Source: Dehalococcoidia bacterium
GTDB taxonomy: Bacteria > Chloroflexota > Dehalococcoidia > Bin125
Assembly (NCBI GenBank): GCA_963555985.3
Contig: OY820591.1
Coordinates: forward strand, 1,888,001-1,952,000
Length of the DNA: 64,000 bases
Direction of reading: 5' to 3'
Shown here one piece after another: positions 19,150-29,144 of this stretch (position 1 is the stretch's first letter; the number at the start of each line of letters is the position of its first letter). The translations under genes were made by a program, and so were the position numbers. The notes below the pieces were generated by a model. It made no database searches, was not told the DNA's origin, and saw nothing but the letters and a program-made list of their open reading frames with translations.

Positions 19150-20730
19150 CTAGTCCGTATCGGCGGCGTACTTCTCGCCGAGAGCGGTTTCCCAGCGGAG
19201 GTAGTGCTGCATGTCGGCGTAGCCTCGCTGGGGGCCGAAGCTGAGGATGTCGTTGGGTGGGGACATCACTCCGGTCAGACCCAGTTCGAGCGGCAATCTC
19301 TGCTCACGGTAGGCCGCCATGCCTCCGCGCACGGCGCTGACGTCGTCACGACCGAGCCTCAGCAGCGTGCGCACGGCTAGCAGAGACTGCGTTCCGTCCT
19401 CGCAGATCAGGATGATCGGCTCGTCATCGTAAGCTCTCACGTTTCGTTCCAGCCACGCCCGCGGCTCCCATTCCGCGCCCGGTGGATGGCCGTCAGCGAA
19501 CTCTTGGCTCGTGCCAACGTGGATCACCCGTGCGTCCAGCGGGTCGAACGCTTTGTCCGGCTCGACAATCGGAACCGATTCGCGTGCTTTCGTGAGCAAG
19601 GGCGGCTCATGGTACTCCGAACCGGACTCCAGCGAGTGCCCGGCCGCCGTCCATGCGCCGGTTCCGCCTTCGAGCGCGTAGACGTGTCGATGCCCCATCT
19701 GGCGGTACCAGGAGGCGGTCAGCGTAGCGCGGGCGAGGCCGTCGCAGGCGAAGACGATCGGGGCATGGTGGACGACGGCGACGTCGTCGCTGCGCTGGAC
19801 GGCCTGTCCGCCCGGGAACCAACGGAAGCCGGGGATGTGTCCGGCCTCATGCTCCTCCTCGGTGCGCACGTCGATGAAGTAGACGCTCTCGTCGTGACTG
19901 CGCTCGCTCAGCTCGTCCAGTTGCTCAACGCCGATCAGCTGCACGCCGTCCTCGGCGGCGCAGCGGCGGGCGTACTGCTCGGCCGCGATCCGGCCCGTCT
20001 CGCTGACTGTGGGCAGCGACATCGTGCTGTCCAGCCGCTCCAGCTTGTGCCCGGCGAGCATCCAGCCGGCGGTGCCGTTTTTCAGGCCGACCACCTCGCG
20101 CTGCAAACCCATGCGCTGGAGGACGCGGGTACCGATGATGCTGCGCGTGCGTCCGGCGCAGTTGATCACGACCGTCGCGTCCTGGGGTGCGTCGGCGAGG
20201 ATGTCGGAAATGCGGTAGGCCAACTCGCCGCCCGGGAGGCTGCGCCCGCCCGGAATGTGGGAGCGGAAGTATTCCTCCGGCGTGCGCGTGTCGAGGATCA
20301 CGAGCGGGTCGCCGCGTTCGATCCGCGCGTGGAGATCGTCGGCCTCAATCTCGGGCACGTGGTGGACGACTTCCACCCGTTCGCCGAAGTCCTTGCTGGG
20401 CACGTTGACGCCCCACTCGGTGGGCAGATCGAGGTAGGACCAGCGGTTGACGCCGCCGGTCAGCGTGTACACGTCGGTGTAACCGCACTCTTCGACGGTC
20501 GCGGCGGCCAGGTGGACGCGCTGCTCGTTCTCGTCGCAGAGGATGACCGGCGTATCGGTGTGGGGCACGGCGTGGGGGAGGTCGAATTCGAGCATCCTGC
20601 GTGGAATCAGCGAGGAGCCGGGGATGTGGGAGGCGTTGTATTCGGGCGGATCGCGGACGTCGATCAGGGCGAAGGGCGCGTCGTCGGAGAGTCGGAGTTG
20701 GAGGTCTTGGGGAGTGATTGTGGTGGGCAT
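19150..20730 (-). CDS. Multi-domain (four) rhodanese-like sulfurtransferase
   Basis: Repeated DVR..EY...HIPG units; CAGRTRS active-site loop; NVPSKDFGE. Confidence 0.88.
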   Translation of the reverse strand: MPTTITPQDLQLRLSDDAPFALIDVRDPPEYNASHIPGSSLIPRRMLEFDLPHAVPHTDTPVILCDENEQRVHLAAATVEECGYTDVYTLTGGVNRWSYLDLPTEWGVNVPSKDFGERVEVVHHVPEIEADDLHARIERGDPLVILDTRTPEEYFRSHIPGGRSLPGGELAYRISDILADAPQDATVVINCAGRTRSIIGTRVLQRMGLQREVVGLKNGTAGWMLAGHKLERLDSTMSLPTVSETGRIAAEQYARRCAAEDGVQLIGVEQLDELSERSHDESVYFIDVRTEEEHEAGHIPGFRWFPGGQAVQRSDDVAVVHHAPIVFACDGLARATLTASWYRQMGHRHVYALEGGTGAWTAAGHSLESGSEYHEPPLLTKARESVPIVEPDKAFDPLDARVIHVGTSQEFADGHPPGAEWEPRAWLERNVRAYDDEPIILICEDGTQSLLAVRTLLRLGRDDVSAVRGGMAAYREQRLPLELGLTGVMSPPNDILSFGPQRGYADMQHYLRWETALGEKYAADTD

Positions 20731-20816
20731 GGCGCGATCCAATGGCGGCGAGGTAGCAGGTATCCTAGCAGGTATGAGCGGATTGCGGGCGCTACCATGC
20801 CGGGGAAGGTTGCACG

Positions 20817-21323
20817 ATGGCGACGCTGGATGAGGCCAAGCTGCGTCGAACCCTGGTCGAACGCGGCCTCTGCGACCCGGAGACGGCTCTGGCCATCGGC
20901 GAGGTCTACTCCGAGTTGTGGGCCGAGGCGACCAGCGACTTCGTGACTGAAGATCGGGTGACCGCCGCCATCGTGGAGCTCCGCTCGGCCCTCCAAGAGG
21001 CGCTGCAAGAGAGCGAACGTCTACAGATTGATCGCCACGAGGCTCTCCGGCGCGAGTTCCATGAGCTCCGCCTCGAGATGCTGCAACGCGACGACCTCCG
21101 CGCCTCCGAACTCCAGGAGTTCAGACGCGAAGTCGCCGAGCGCGACGAACGTCTGCGCCGCGAGATCGCTGAGCGCGACTCCGGTCTACGGAAAGAAATC
21201 GCCGAACGCGACGCCGGCCTCCGCGACGATCAAGCCAACCGCGATCGCCGAACCCAGTGGCTGATCGGCCTCGGCTTCACCGCCTTCGGCGCCCTCGCTT
21301 CGGTTCTCGCGGTGTTCACCTGA
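20817..21323 (+). CDS. DUF1640-like coiled-coil/TM protein with 11-aa repeats (paralog 3)
   Basis: RREVAERDERL/RREIAERDSGL/RKEIAERDAGL repeats; C-terminal TM helix. Confidence 0.65.
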   Translation: MATLDEAKLRRTLVERGLCDPETALAIGEVYSELWAEATSDFVTEDRVTAAIVELRSALQEALQESERLQIDRHEALRREFHELRLEMLQRDDLRASELQEFRREVAERDERLRREIAERDSGLRKEIAERDAGLRDDQANRDRRTQWLIGLGFTAFGALASVLAVFT

Positions 21324-21429
21324 GACTCTGCTCAGCCGGTCGGAGCTTGGATGCCTTCTTAGAGGTGAAGGGCGGCACTGGACTCGCAAGTTTGGCGGCT
21401 GGCAAAATGACTCACTGAGGCAACCCGAT

Positions 21430-23277
21430 CTACTGCGTCGGGCCAGGCCACACCCTACGCGCGACTACCGACAGTCTTTCGCCGCGCTGGACAATGTCAG
21501 TTTCGCGCCATTCGTCGCCCGCGTAATTCAGCAGGTCACGGTTTAAGGCGCTTGCCGTGAATTGCCGAAATTCATCACGTTTTTCCGGCCAGCATCGGTT
21601 GGACACCGTGCTATTGAAACTCGAAGTGACGAGGGTCAGATTTCCCATGGCATGGATCAGACGCCGACGACGCACAATTGGCTCTTCATCAACATCGGTT
21701 CCTATAGTGGCCTCTTCCAATGGATAGCAGTCTTGCCATTCCTGGGGCATGATGTGCTCGATTGCAACTCGCTTCCAGACGGTCTGCAACTCAGTCTTCT
21801 TCGATTCCATCTCACTTTCCAACGCCATCAACGCCATGCGCAGTCGTGCAGCCGACACTCCAGTACGTCCGTACTGACGCTCCTGGACGAAGTACCGCTC
21901 AAAGCTCGCATCGTCCGGCCATTGCCGTCTGTCACCCTCTTGTTCACTCAAGTAGTCCAAGACGGCTTCTTCTGCACGATTGGGACCGATTTCCTTCAGG
22001 CGACTCAACAGTCCCAACATGACCTCGAAGTATCCTCTCGTGCCTAGCGCGCAGATCATCCGCCGAACCAGAAAACTCTCGATCGCCACCAGCGCCTGTT
22101 CTTGGCGAGTGGCTTCCAGCTCGTTCGTTCTCAGCCACAACAACACTGGAGTCAACACACCTGCATTCATCGTGCGCCAGCGCGAGAAGAACATACCGAC
22201 ACGAGTGTTGTCGTCCATCTCCTCCATTTCCCTGAAGACCACGGAATGCAATCCCATCTCTTCCGCCACTTCCAAAATGGACGCGCCGATGGCCTTGGAA
22301 TCGTTAGCGTAGGATTGAAACTCGCGAGCTAACCGATTGGAGGGCCTAGCCACCACTTGACGGCCAAGTTTCATGGTGAGCCAATAGGCGAGAAACGCAT
22401 CCACCCTTGATCGACGGGCGTAGCCCGATCCGATTTCGGCGTCCCACCATTCGTCGTCAAAGTGACCGGAGTTTTCGCCGATCCTCTCGCTCGCTTCTGT
22501 TTCCGAGTGACCATCTTCGCTCGCACGATTGAGCATGAAATTCTTGACGTGATCCCAAGCCAACAACGGGGTACCTCTGGCGTTCAATGTCTCGTAGATC
22601 ACGTGTTGATTCTCGTTGTCGTCCAGCGCCAACAGCACGACGTTGAGACGGAACCGCAGCACAGCTTCCAGCGCTTGCGCCCGTTCTTGACGCTGCTCCG
22701 ACACTCGAGAGAGCCAACTGGAGATAGACTGATAGAAGAACTCCCAACACTGCGCAATTCGGGATTCCAGTTGATCCGACGACAGAGGGATCCTGTCAAT
22801 AATCGCGGTGAACACTGCTCGATCTCGGTGGGTCGGATGCACCTTGTACTTATGCCTACTATCGGCTCGATACACTCGTGGAGCGTTCTGGATGAGCGGC
22901 GCAACTCCCTCCAACGCATCGGATTCAATTTCGTCGAACGCTCGATACGCAGCCGCGAGCATCAGCTGGATCGTGGTCAGGCGCTGCTGTCCATCAATGA
23001 CTGTCCAACGAGTGGGCGCGCTTGGTGTCTGCTTACCCGCTCGCTGGATGACGATGGCACCTAGAAAATGCACTGGCTCGACGTATCCGTTTCCTGAGAG
23101 TTCACCATCAGCTTCAGAGTCCTCATCCAACAGCCGCTCAGCCATTTGCGAGACATCGGCCCACAGCGGTTCCCACTGATTCTCGCGGCTCCAGACATAC
23201 ATGCGCTGGAAGTCAGGAACCTCGTAGTGAACGTTCCCCTCGAAGATTTCCTCTAGCGGTTGAAAGAACGTTTCCAT
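21430..23277 (-). CDS. GmrSD-type (DUF262+DUF1524) modification-dependent restriction protein
   Basis: VPDFQRMYVW, IDGQQRLTT, ETLNARG, IEHIMPQ...GNLTLV...N; lower GC than flanks. Confidence 0.88.
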   Translation of the reverse strand: METFFQPLEEIFEGNVHYEVPDFQRMYVWSRENQWEPLWADVSQMAERLLDEDSEADGELSGNGYVEPVHFLGAIVIQRAGKQTPSAPTRWTVIDGQQRLTTIQLMLAAAYRAFDEIESDALEGVAPLIQNAPRVYRADSRHKYKVHPTHRDRAVFTAIIDRIPLSSDQLESRIAQCWEFFYQSISSWLSRVSEQRQERAQALEAVLRFRLNVVLLALDDNENQHVIYETLNARGTPLLAWDHVKNFMLNRASEDGHSETEASERIGENSGHFDDEWWDAEIGSGYARRSRVDAFLAYWLTMKLGRQVVARPSNRLAREFQSYANDSKAIGASILEVAEEMGLHSVVFREMEEMDDNTRVGMFFSRWRTMNAGVLTPVLLWLRTNELEATRQEQALVAIESFLVRRMICALGTRGYFEVMLGLLSRLKEIGPNRAEEAVLDYLSEQEGDRRQWPDDASFERYFVQERQYGRTGVSAARLRMALMALESEMESKKTELQTVWKRVAIEHIMPQEWQDCYPLEEATIGTDVDEEPIVRRRRLIHAMGNLTLVTSSFNSTVSNRCWPEKRDEFRQFTASALNRDLLNYAGDEWRETDIVQRGERLSVVARRVWPGPTQ

Positions 23278-23321
23278 CTTCTTGCCCCGGTCGCATCCAG
23301 CGTGAATCCGTTGCCTGTCGC

Positions 23322-24734
23322 TTACACCGCCCGCAACCTTGATGCCTTCCGTAACGCATTTGCGGCTCGCTCGAAGCTGGGGAATGTTGCGATCCCCTCC
23401 TCCTGCAACCTCAGACGCGCCTTGAGCGCTGCCTCTTCCTGGTGACTGGGGTGGAGCGCGGTCAGGAAGGGCTTCTCCGACTCGCTCATGAACTGCTTCA
23501 ATGACCCGATTAGCCGATCGAACTCTTCTGGCTTGTCCTGCCAGCGGCGGGCCATGAAGGTGGCGGAGAGCTCCATCCCGACCGCGTCGATGTTCTCGTC
23601 CTGGTTGAGGATGTCGAAGATCGTGTCGAGGTGTTTGGGGTCCTGACCGATCGTGCCGGCGGCGTCGAGCGGATTGCGATAGCTGCCGCCGATGATGTTG
23701 AAGAAGTCGGCGAGCTGAGCGTAACTCTCGTCGGAGAGCGTGGGCACTTTCCAACCGGCCTTCTCGAAGGCGTCGGTGAGGACGACCGATTGTCCGCCGG
23801 TCATTGCGATTAATCCGAGCCGGTTGCCCTGGGTGCGCTTGGTCAGCAGCGTCGCTTTGACCACGTCGATCATCTCGTCGAGGTTATGTACAGCGACTGC
23901 GCCGACCTGCTGGATCATCGCCTCCCAGATCGCCTGGTCGCTGGCGAGTGAGGCGGTGTGCGAGCGGATCGCGCGCCCGCCGCCCTCGGTCTGACCGCCC
24001 TTCCAGATGATCACGGGCTTCTTCGCCGCCACCTCGCGCAGCGTCCGGAACAGGCGCCGACCGTCGCGCGCGCCCTCGATGTACATCCCGATCACCTCGG
24101 TCTGAGGGTCGTCCGCCAGGTATTCGAGGTAGTCGGCGGCTTCAAGGATGATCCCGTTGCCGAAGCTGACTAGGGTGGAGCAGTAGAGCCCGTGCGCAGC
24201 GCCGGTGAGGGAGAAATTCATTCCGTGCGTGCCGCTCTGCGAGACGAAGCCGATGTTGCCCTGGATCCCGGCGGGCTGGTCGCGGTTGAAGCGGACGCCG
24301 AGGCCGGGCACGTGCAGGCCCATGCAGTTGGGGCCGATCAGAGCGAGTCCGGCAGGGTCGGCGATCTCGAAGATCTTGTCCTGGAGCTGTACGCCGATGT
24401 CCTCGCCGGTCTCAGCGAAACCGGAGGTGAAGAGGGTCACGCCGCCCACATCGGCGTCGACGCAGGATTGGACGATGAAGGGCGCGACCTGGCGCGGGAC
24501 GGCGCAGACGGCGAAGTCGATCCGCTCCGGGATGTCGGTCAGCGACTTGTAGTTGGGCACGCCCAGTTCTTCAATGCCGGGGATCTCGTTCTCGTCGACC
24601 TGGACGCTGTAGAGCGGGCCGTCAAAGGGCTGGAGCGAGCGCAGCCAGTTGTAGCCGCTGGCTTTCTTGTCGCCGATCACGGCGACGGCCTTGGGCGCCA
24701 GCGCGCGGGTGAGGCGTTCACGGGTGACGGCCAT
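23322..24734 (-). CDS. ADP-forming acyl-CoA synthetase alpha subunit (CoA-binding)
   Basis: SGFAETG, IGPNCMG, SQSG, SHTASLA phospho-His motif, NPLD. Confidence 0.88.
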   Translation of the reverse strand: MAVTRERLTRALAPKAVAVIGDKKASGYNWLRSLQPFDGPLYSVQVDENEIPGIEELGVPNYKSLTDIPERIDFAVCAVPRQVAPFIVQSCVDADVGGVTLFTSGFAETGEDIGVQLQDKIFEIADPAGLALIGPNCMGLHVPGLGVRFNRDQPAGIQGNIGFVSQSGTHGMNFSLTGAAHGLYCSTLVSFGNGIILEAADYLEYLADDPQTEVIGMYIEGARDGRRLFRTLREVAAKKPVIIWKGGQTEGGGRAIRSHTASLASDQAIWEAMIQQVGAVAVHNLDEMIDVVKATLLTKRTQGNRLGLIAMTGGQSVVLTDAFEKAGWKVPTLSDESYAQLADFFNIIGGSYRNPLDAAGTIGQDPKHLDTIFDILNQDENIDAVGMELSATFMARRWQDKPEEFDRLIGSLKQFMSESEKPFLTALHPSHQEEAALKARLRLQEEGIATFPSFERAANALRKASRLRAV

Positions 24735-24750
24735 CGGAGGTCTCCTGGGT

Positions 24751-24790
24751 GTTCGGGCTCGTTCGGATTTGTTCGGCTCTGTTCGCTTGG
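24751..24790 (-). repeat. Mini array of four CGAAC units at exact 10-bp spacing (element copy E)
   Basis: Plus-strand GTTCG at 24751, 24761, 24771, 24781. Confidence 0.8.
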
Positions 24791-24800
24791 GGACGAAGGC

Positions 24801-25499
24801 TTACGCCTCGGCTGCGAGCAGAATGCGGGCGTCTACCGCCACCGCTCCATCAGGCCGGGCGAAGACCGGGTTGAGATCGAGTTCGGCGATCTCCGGATGC
24901 GCGTCGGCGAACTCGGAGAGTTGAAGCAGCATCGCTTCGATCGCTTCGAGGTTGGCGGCGGGCTGTCCGCGCACGCCTTCGAGGATGGGAAAACCCTGGA
25001 TCTCGCGGATCATCTCGGCGGCGTCGCGCGCTTCGAGCGGGACGATCCGGAAGGCGACATCCTTGAGCACCTCAACGAAGACGCCGCCCAGACCGAACAT
25101 CAGCACCGGCCCGAACTGCTGGTCCTGGGTGACGCCGAGGATCACCTCGACGCCCGGCTCGGCCATCGGCTGGACCGAAACTCCCTGCGCCTGGGCGTCG
25201 GGCACGGCGGCGATCACTCGCTCGTGAATGCGCTGACAGGCGGCGCGCAGCGCTGCTTCGTCGGCGACGCCCAACTCGACCCCGCCGACATCGGTCTTGT
25301 GCGTGATCTTGTCGGAGACGACCTTGAGCGCGACCGGGTAGCCGAGCTCGGCGGCGTGCGCGGCGGCCTCGTCGATCGAGGTGGCGAGGCGGGTTTCGGT
25401 CACGCTGAGTCCGGCGTCGGCGAGCAGTTGTTTGGCCTCCACCTCGGAGAGAATGGTGCGCTGTTGGGCGCGGGCTTGGGCGATCACTTCGGCGGTCAT
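24801..25499 (-). CDS. ADP-forming acyl-CoA synthetase beta subunit (ATP-grasp)
   Basis: GYPVALKV, HKTDVGGV, FGPVLMFGLGGVFVE, ELDLNP, VDARI. Confidence 0.9.
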   Translation of the reverse strand: MTAEVIAQARAQQRTILSEVEAKQLLADAGLSVTETRLATSIDEAAAHAAELGYPVALKVVSDKITHKTDVGGVELGVADEAALRAACQRIHERVIAAVPDAQAQGVSVQPMAEPGVEVILGVTQDQQFGPVLMFGLGGVFVEVLKDVAFRIVPLEARDAAEMIREIQGFPILEGVRGQPAANLEAIEAMLLQLSEFADAHPEIAELDLNPVFARPDGAVAVDARILLAAEA

Positions 25500-25598
25500 C
25501 GGCGGCGCTCCGGGGCTGAGTGCGGTCGTGGAGGCAGTGTATAGGCAGCTTCGGCGCGGGCATTTTGTATACTCCGTTGCGCAGTTTGGAGGAGCACG

Positions 25599-25820
25599 AT
25601 GGCGAACGGCGACGATCCATTCGAGGGCTGGCTCGACATCGTGGAGGCCGCGCGTGAGCTGGGCATCCATCCACAGTCGATGCGCCGCCTGATCAAGCAG
25701 GGCCGGGTCCCGGCGCGGATGTACGGCGGCAAGTACCTGATCGAGCGAGACCAGCTGCTGATGTTCAAGGCCAACTACGACCCCCGCCCAGGCCGCAAAC
25801 GCTCGCCGCGCCTCCTCTAA
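25599..25820 (+). CDS. Excisionase/BldC-like HTH_17 DNA-binding protein
   Basis: WLDIVEAARELGIHPQSMRRLIKQGRVPA...GGKYLI; RBS GGAGGA. Confidence 0.8.
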   Translation: MANGDDPFEGWLDIVEAARELGIHPQSMRRLIKQGRVPARMYGGKYLIERDQLLMFKANYDPRPGRKRSPRLL

Positions 25821-26007
25821 ACGCCCGAAACGACTTGCAAATCCCCGAGCCCGCTGAAGTCGCCGGGCAATAATCACGTTGATCGTTCCGAAGAATTACA
25901 ATTACGCGAACTCGCCCGTCCCCATCATGGCGTATGGTGAAGATGCCGGTGCGAACGCCAATGAACGTAGGGCCGAACCTGGCGCGGAGCAGAGAGAGAA
26001 TTGGCCG

Positions 26008-28047
26008 ATGGTCGCAATGAGAGACGCTCACACAGGCCGTGCGGCCGGCGCAGCGGCGCTATCGTTCACCCTGCCCGAAGAGCTGCTCCTGATGGTGCTC
26101 AACGAGGAGAGCGGCTACTTCTATCAGGTGCCGGGCTGGAGCATGAACTGCGCCCTGGTCGGCGCGGCGATCGCGGAACTCTCCTTCATCGGCCGCATTG
26201 ATAGCGATATGGACTCGCTGATCTTGCTGGACGCCACCGAGACGGGCAATCCCAACCTGGACCCGATCCTGCGCGAGATCGCGGCGGAATCGCAGCAACA
26301 CGATGTCCGCTACTGGATCGAACGACTCGCGCCCCTGGCCGAAACGATCGTCCACCAGACGCTGGATCGCCTCGTCGAGCGCGGCGTCCTCGAACACCAT
26401 CCCGGCGAGTTCTGGACGATCTCCCAGTTCGCCTTGCATTCCGCCGTCGAGCGCGACGGCGAGCGGGTCGAGTTCGTCAAAACCCGCGTCCGCCAGATCA
26501 TCTTCGCCGAGCAACTGCCCGACCCGCGCGACGTGATCATCATCACCCTGGCCCAGACCTGCGATGTGCTCCGTTTCGTGTATGAACTCAACGAGCCCTT
26601 CGTCGAGCGCGTCGAGTGGATCTGCCGCATGGACCTGATCGGCCAGGCGATCGGCGCGGCGGTCAGCGAGAGCATCGCCGCGCCCGTCCTGCGTCACGCC
26701 CCTTTGACCAAGCCGATCCCCAAAGCCCCGCTGCGCGACCTCATCTTCAACCGCCATCTCCGCCAAGGCAACCTGCCTGCCCTCTTCGCCTCGCTCGCCG
26801 AGAAGCACGGCCCCGTCTTCGAGCTGCGTCCACCCTTCCGCGACCCCATGATCTTCCTCGTCAGCGCCGAAGCCAACCGATGGGTCCATCGGGAGGGGCG
26901 GCTCTATCTGCGCTCCAAAGAGTACTTCCAGGATGTCGACAAGGCTTATGGCGTGTCGCGCTCGATCCACTCCACCGACGGCGCCGACCACTTCAGCTTT
27001 CGCAAAGCGATGCAGCCGGTCTACGCCCGCTCGACCGTGACCCAGCGCCTGGACGACATCTACGAACTGGCCCGCGGACACATGGCGACCTGGACGGTCG
27101 GAGACTCGATGCCCGCGCAGACCATGCTGCGTCCCTATATGAATGCTCAAGCTTCACAGCTCTTGGCCAGCATCGACACGCAAGACGTGATCGACGAAGC
27201 GCTCAAGTACAAGGAGCGAGTGCTCTCAGTCGCTTTGATGAAAGTGCTGCCAAAGTTCATGATGCACACCCCCACGATGCGCCGACGCACCAGGCTGATC
27301 CGGCAGATCATCGAGCGCATGCAGCTCACCCATAGCCCCGCCCAGCGATCGGGAAAACCCCTGGACGTGGTCGATGGATATCTGGCGCTGCACGGGACCG
27401 ATCCCCAGTTCTTGCCCGAAACCGACCTGGCCTTGCCCCTGGGCGCCATGCTCATGACCGCCATGTACCTGGGCGACCAACTCGGCTTCGCGCTCTACTG
27501 GATGGTCGCCAATCCCGACCTGCATGAGCGCGTCGCCGCCGAAGCCGACGGCCTCTTCGCCAACGGCGACCCGTCCGAGGCCGACCTGACCCTGGAGAAC
27601 ATCGACGTCACCCACCGCCTGCTGATGGAGACCCTGCGCCTCACCCCCATCGCTCCGGTTGCCATGCGCACCGTGATGAACACTTGCGTGGTCGAGGGTC
27701 ACGAGTTGCCAGTCGGCTCCCTGCTCTACATCCCCAACACCGCCGTCCACTACATGGAAAGCGAATTCCCCGACCCCTGGAAGTTCGACATCGACCGCTA
27801 CCTGCCTCCGCGCAACGAGCATGTCGGCGGCGCCTACTCGCCTTACGGCCTCGGTACCCACTCCTGCCTCGGCTTCCGCTGGTCCGAGCTGCACCTCGCG
27901 CTCAACCTGCTCATGCTCGCCCACTACTTCCGCTTCGAGCTGGCCCGTCCCTACAAGCGGCTCCCAATGGACCCGCTCCCCTCCCAGTCCCCCAGCAACA
28001 AGCTCAAGTTCCGCATCGCCGAGCAGCGCCACGAGCTCTCCCGCTAA
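26008..28047 (+). CDS. GPP34 (GOLPH3-like) domain fused to cytochrome P450; start uncertain
   Basis: N-term TLPEELLLMVL...GAAIAELSFIGRI...PDPRD; C-term ETLR (ExxR), FDIDRY, YGLGTHSCLG heme motif. Confidence 0.85.
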   Translation: MVAMRDAHTGRAAGAAALSFTLPEELLLMVLNEESGYFYQVPGWSMNCALVGAAIAELSFIGRIDSDMDSLILLDATETGNPNLDPILREIAAESQQHDVRYWIERLAPLAETIVHQTLDRLVERGVLEHHPGEFWTISQFALHSAVERDGERVEFVKTRVRQIIFAEQLPDPRDVIIITLAQTCDVLRFVYELNEPFVERVEWICRMDLIGQAIGAAVSESIAAPVLRHAPLTKPIPKAPLRDLIFNRHLRQGNLPALFASLAEKHGPVFELRPPFRDPMIFLVSAEANRWVHREGRLYLRSKEYFQDVDKAYGVSRSIHSTDGADHFSFRKAMQPVYARSTVTQRLDDIYELARGHMATWTVGDSMPAQTMLRPYMNAQASQLLASIDTQDVIDEALKYKERVLSVALMKVLPKFMMHTPTMRRRTRLIRQIIERMQLTHSPAQRSGKPLDVVDGYLALHGTDPQFLPETDLALPLGAMLMTAMYLGDQLGFALYWMVANPDLHERVAAEADGLFANGDPSEADLTLENIDVTHRLLMETLRLTPIAPVAMRTVMNTCVVEGHELPVGSLLYIPNTAVHYMESEFPDPWKFDIDRYLPPRNEHVGGAYSPYGLGTHSCLGFRWSELHLALNLLMLAHYFRFELARPYKRLPMDPLPSQSPSNKLKFRIAEQRHELSR

Positions 28048-28077
28048 CCAACCCGCGCCTCTCTCATCCCGCTCTCC

Positions 28078-28155
28078 ATCATTCCCGGGTAGGCGAGAAT
28101 CCAGCGGCTCCTCCGTCATTCCCGTGCTGTCGCAGGAATCTCGTCGATTCCCGCT
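28078..28155. repeat. Degenerate GTCATTCCC...GGAATC palindromes (family A)
   Basis: ATCATTCCCGGGTAGGCGAGAATCC and GTCATTCCCGTGCTGTCGCAGGAATC. Confidence 0.55.
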
Positions 28156-28186
28156 CTGCCTTGTCAATGCTCTGTACCATGTCGAA

Positions 28187-29137
28187 ATGGCTGACGATCA
28201 ACCTGAAAACCACCACTTCGTACCGCGATACTACCTGCGACACTTCGCGATCCCATCTCGTCCTGGCAAACGGCCGGTTTTCATCGACGCTTACGACCGT
28301 CAATACGGAACAACCAAACGAAAGAAAGCGATCAAGGGCGTGGCCAGCGAGCGCGATTTCTACACACTGCCTATCCCAGTAGATGACGATCCCTTCTTTC
28401 TGGAACGGGGCTTCTTCCAAAAGGTCGATCAATTGGGAAGCGAAATGCTCCATGACATAGTTACCGCAAGACGCATACTCCCCGAGCAACGTGCTCGTCT
28501 GAGGGAACATCTAGCGGTGCAGATTGTCCGCACCAAGTGGTTCCGGGAATATGCTCTACACAACGTTCCAAAATCACAGAATCCAAAACTGGCAATGAGA
28601 TTCGCGGACGCCGGACCGCCACCGGAATCCACCAAGCAAGAAAAGGAAACCTTCTGGCAAGAAACTGAAAGCATGATCACCGCAGGATGGGATGACGCTC
28701 TTCAAGGCCCGAATGCAATCATCGCAATGCCTCTCGGTCGATTTCCAACTATTCGCCGAGAGCTAGAGAAATTCGCAACTTACCAACTTACGTGGTTTCC
28801 ACATACTGGATTGTTGACATCAGATAACCCGATCGTGTTCCGCCATAAGGAGTCGGGGTTTCTCGGGAATCCAATTCACATTGGCATTAACAATGCAAGC
28901 GAACTTTGGTATCCAATCACTCCCCAGATCGCACTAAGGCTGTCCCGAGAGCCTGAGTTTTCCCTTCAGAACATGTCTTTGCAAATTCCTCAAGTATTAG
29001 AAATCAACAATGCGGTTGCCCGAGCGAGCTACAGATCGGTGCTATGGAAACCAAACACGATCGCGGAGCATTTCGTAAGCTTACCTCCGCCACTCACCAA
29101 TGCTCAAGCTGATCCAAGTCATCTCGACGGAAAGTAA
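28187..29137 (+). CDS. DUF4238 domain protein
   Basis: HHFVPRYYLRHF, DFY, LLTSDNPIV, YPITPQIAL; low GC. Confidence 0.8.
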   Translation: MADDQPENHHFVPRYYLRHFAIPSRPGKRPVFIDAYDRQYGTTKRKKAIKGVASERDFYTLPIPVDDDPFFLERGFFQKVDQLGSEMLHDIVTARRILPEQRARLREHLAVQIVRTKWFREYALHNVPKSQNPKLAMRFADAGPPPESTKQEKETFWQETESMITAGWDDALQGPNAIIAMPLGRFPTIRRELEKFATYQLTWFPHTGLLTSDNPIVFRHKESGFLGNPIHIGINNASELWYPITPQIALRLSREPEFSLQNMSLQIPQVLEINNAVARASYRSVLWKPNTIAEHFVSLPPPLTNAQADPSHLDGK

Positions 29138-29144
29138 ACGATGC

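Noticed and set aside
25599-25820. Prophage excisionase
   Set aside because: No integrase, att site or phage genes nearby; more likely a stand-alone regulator.
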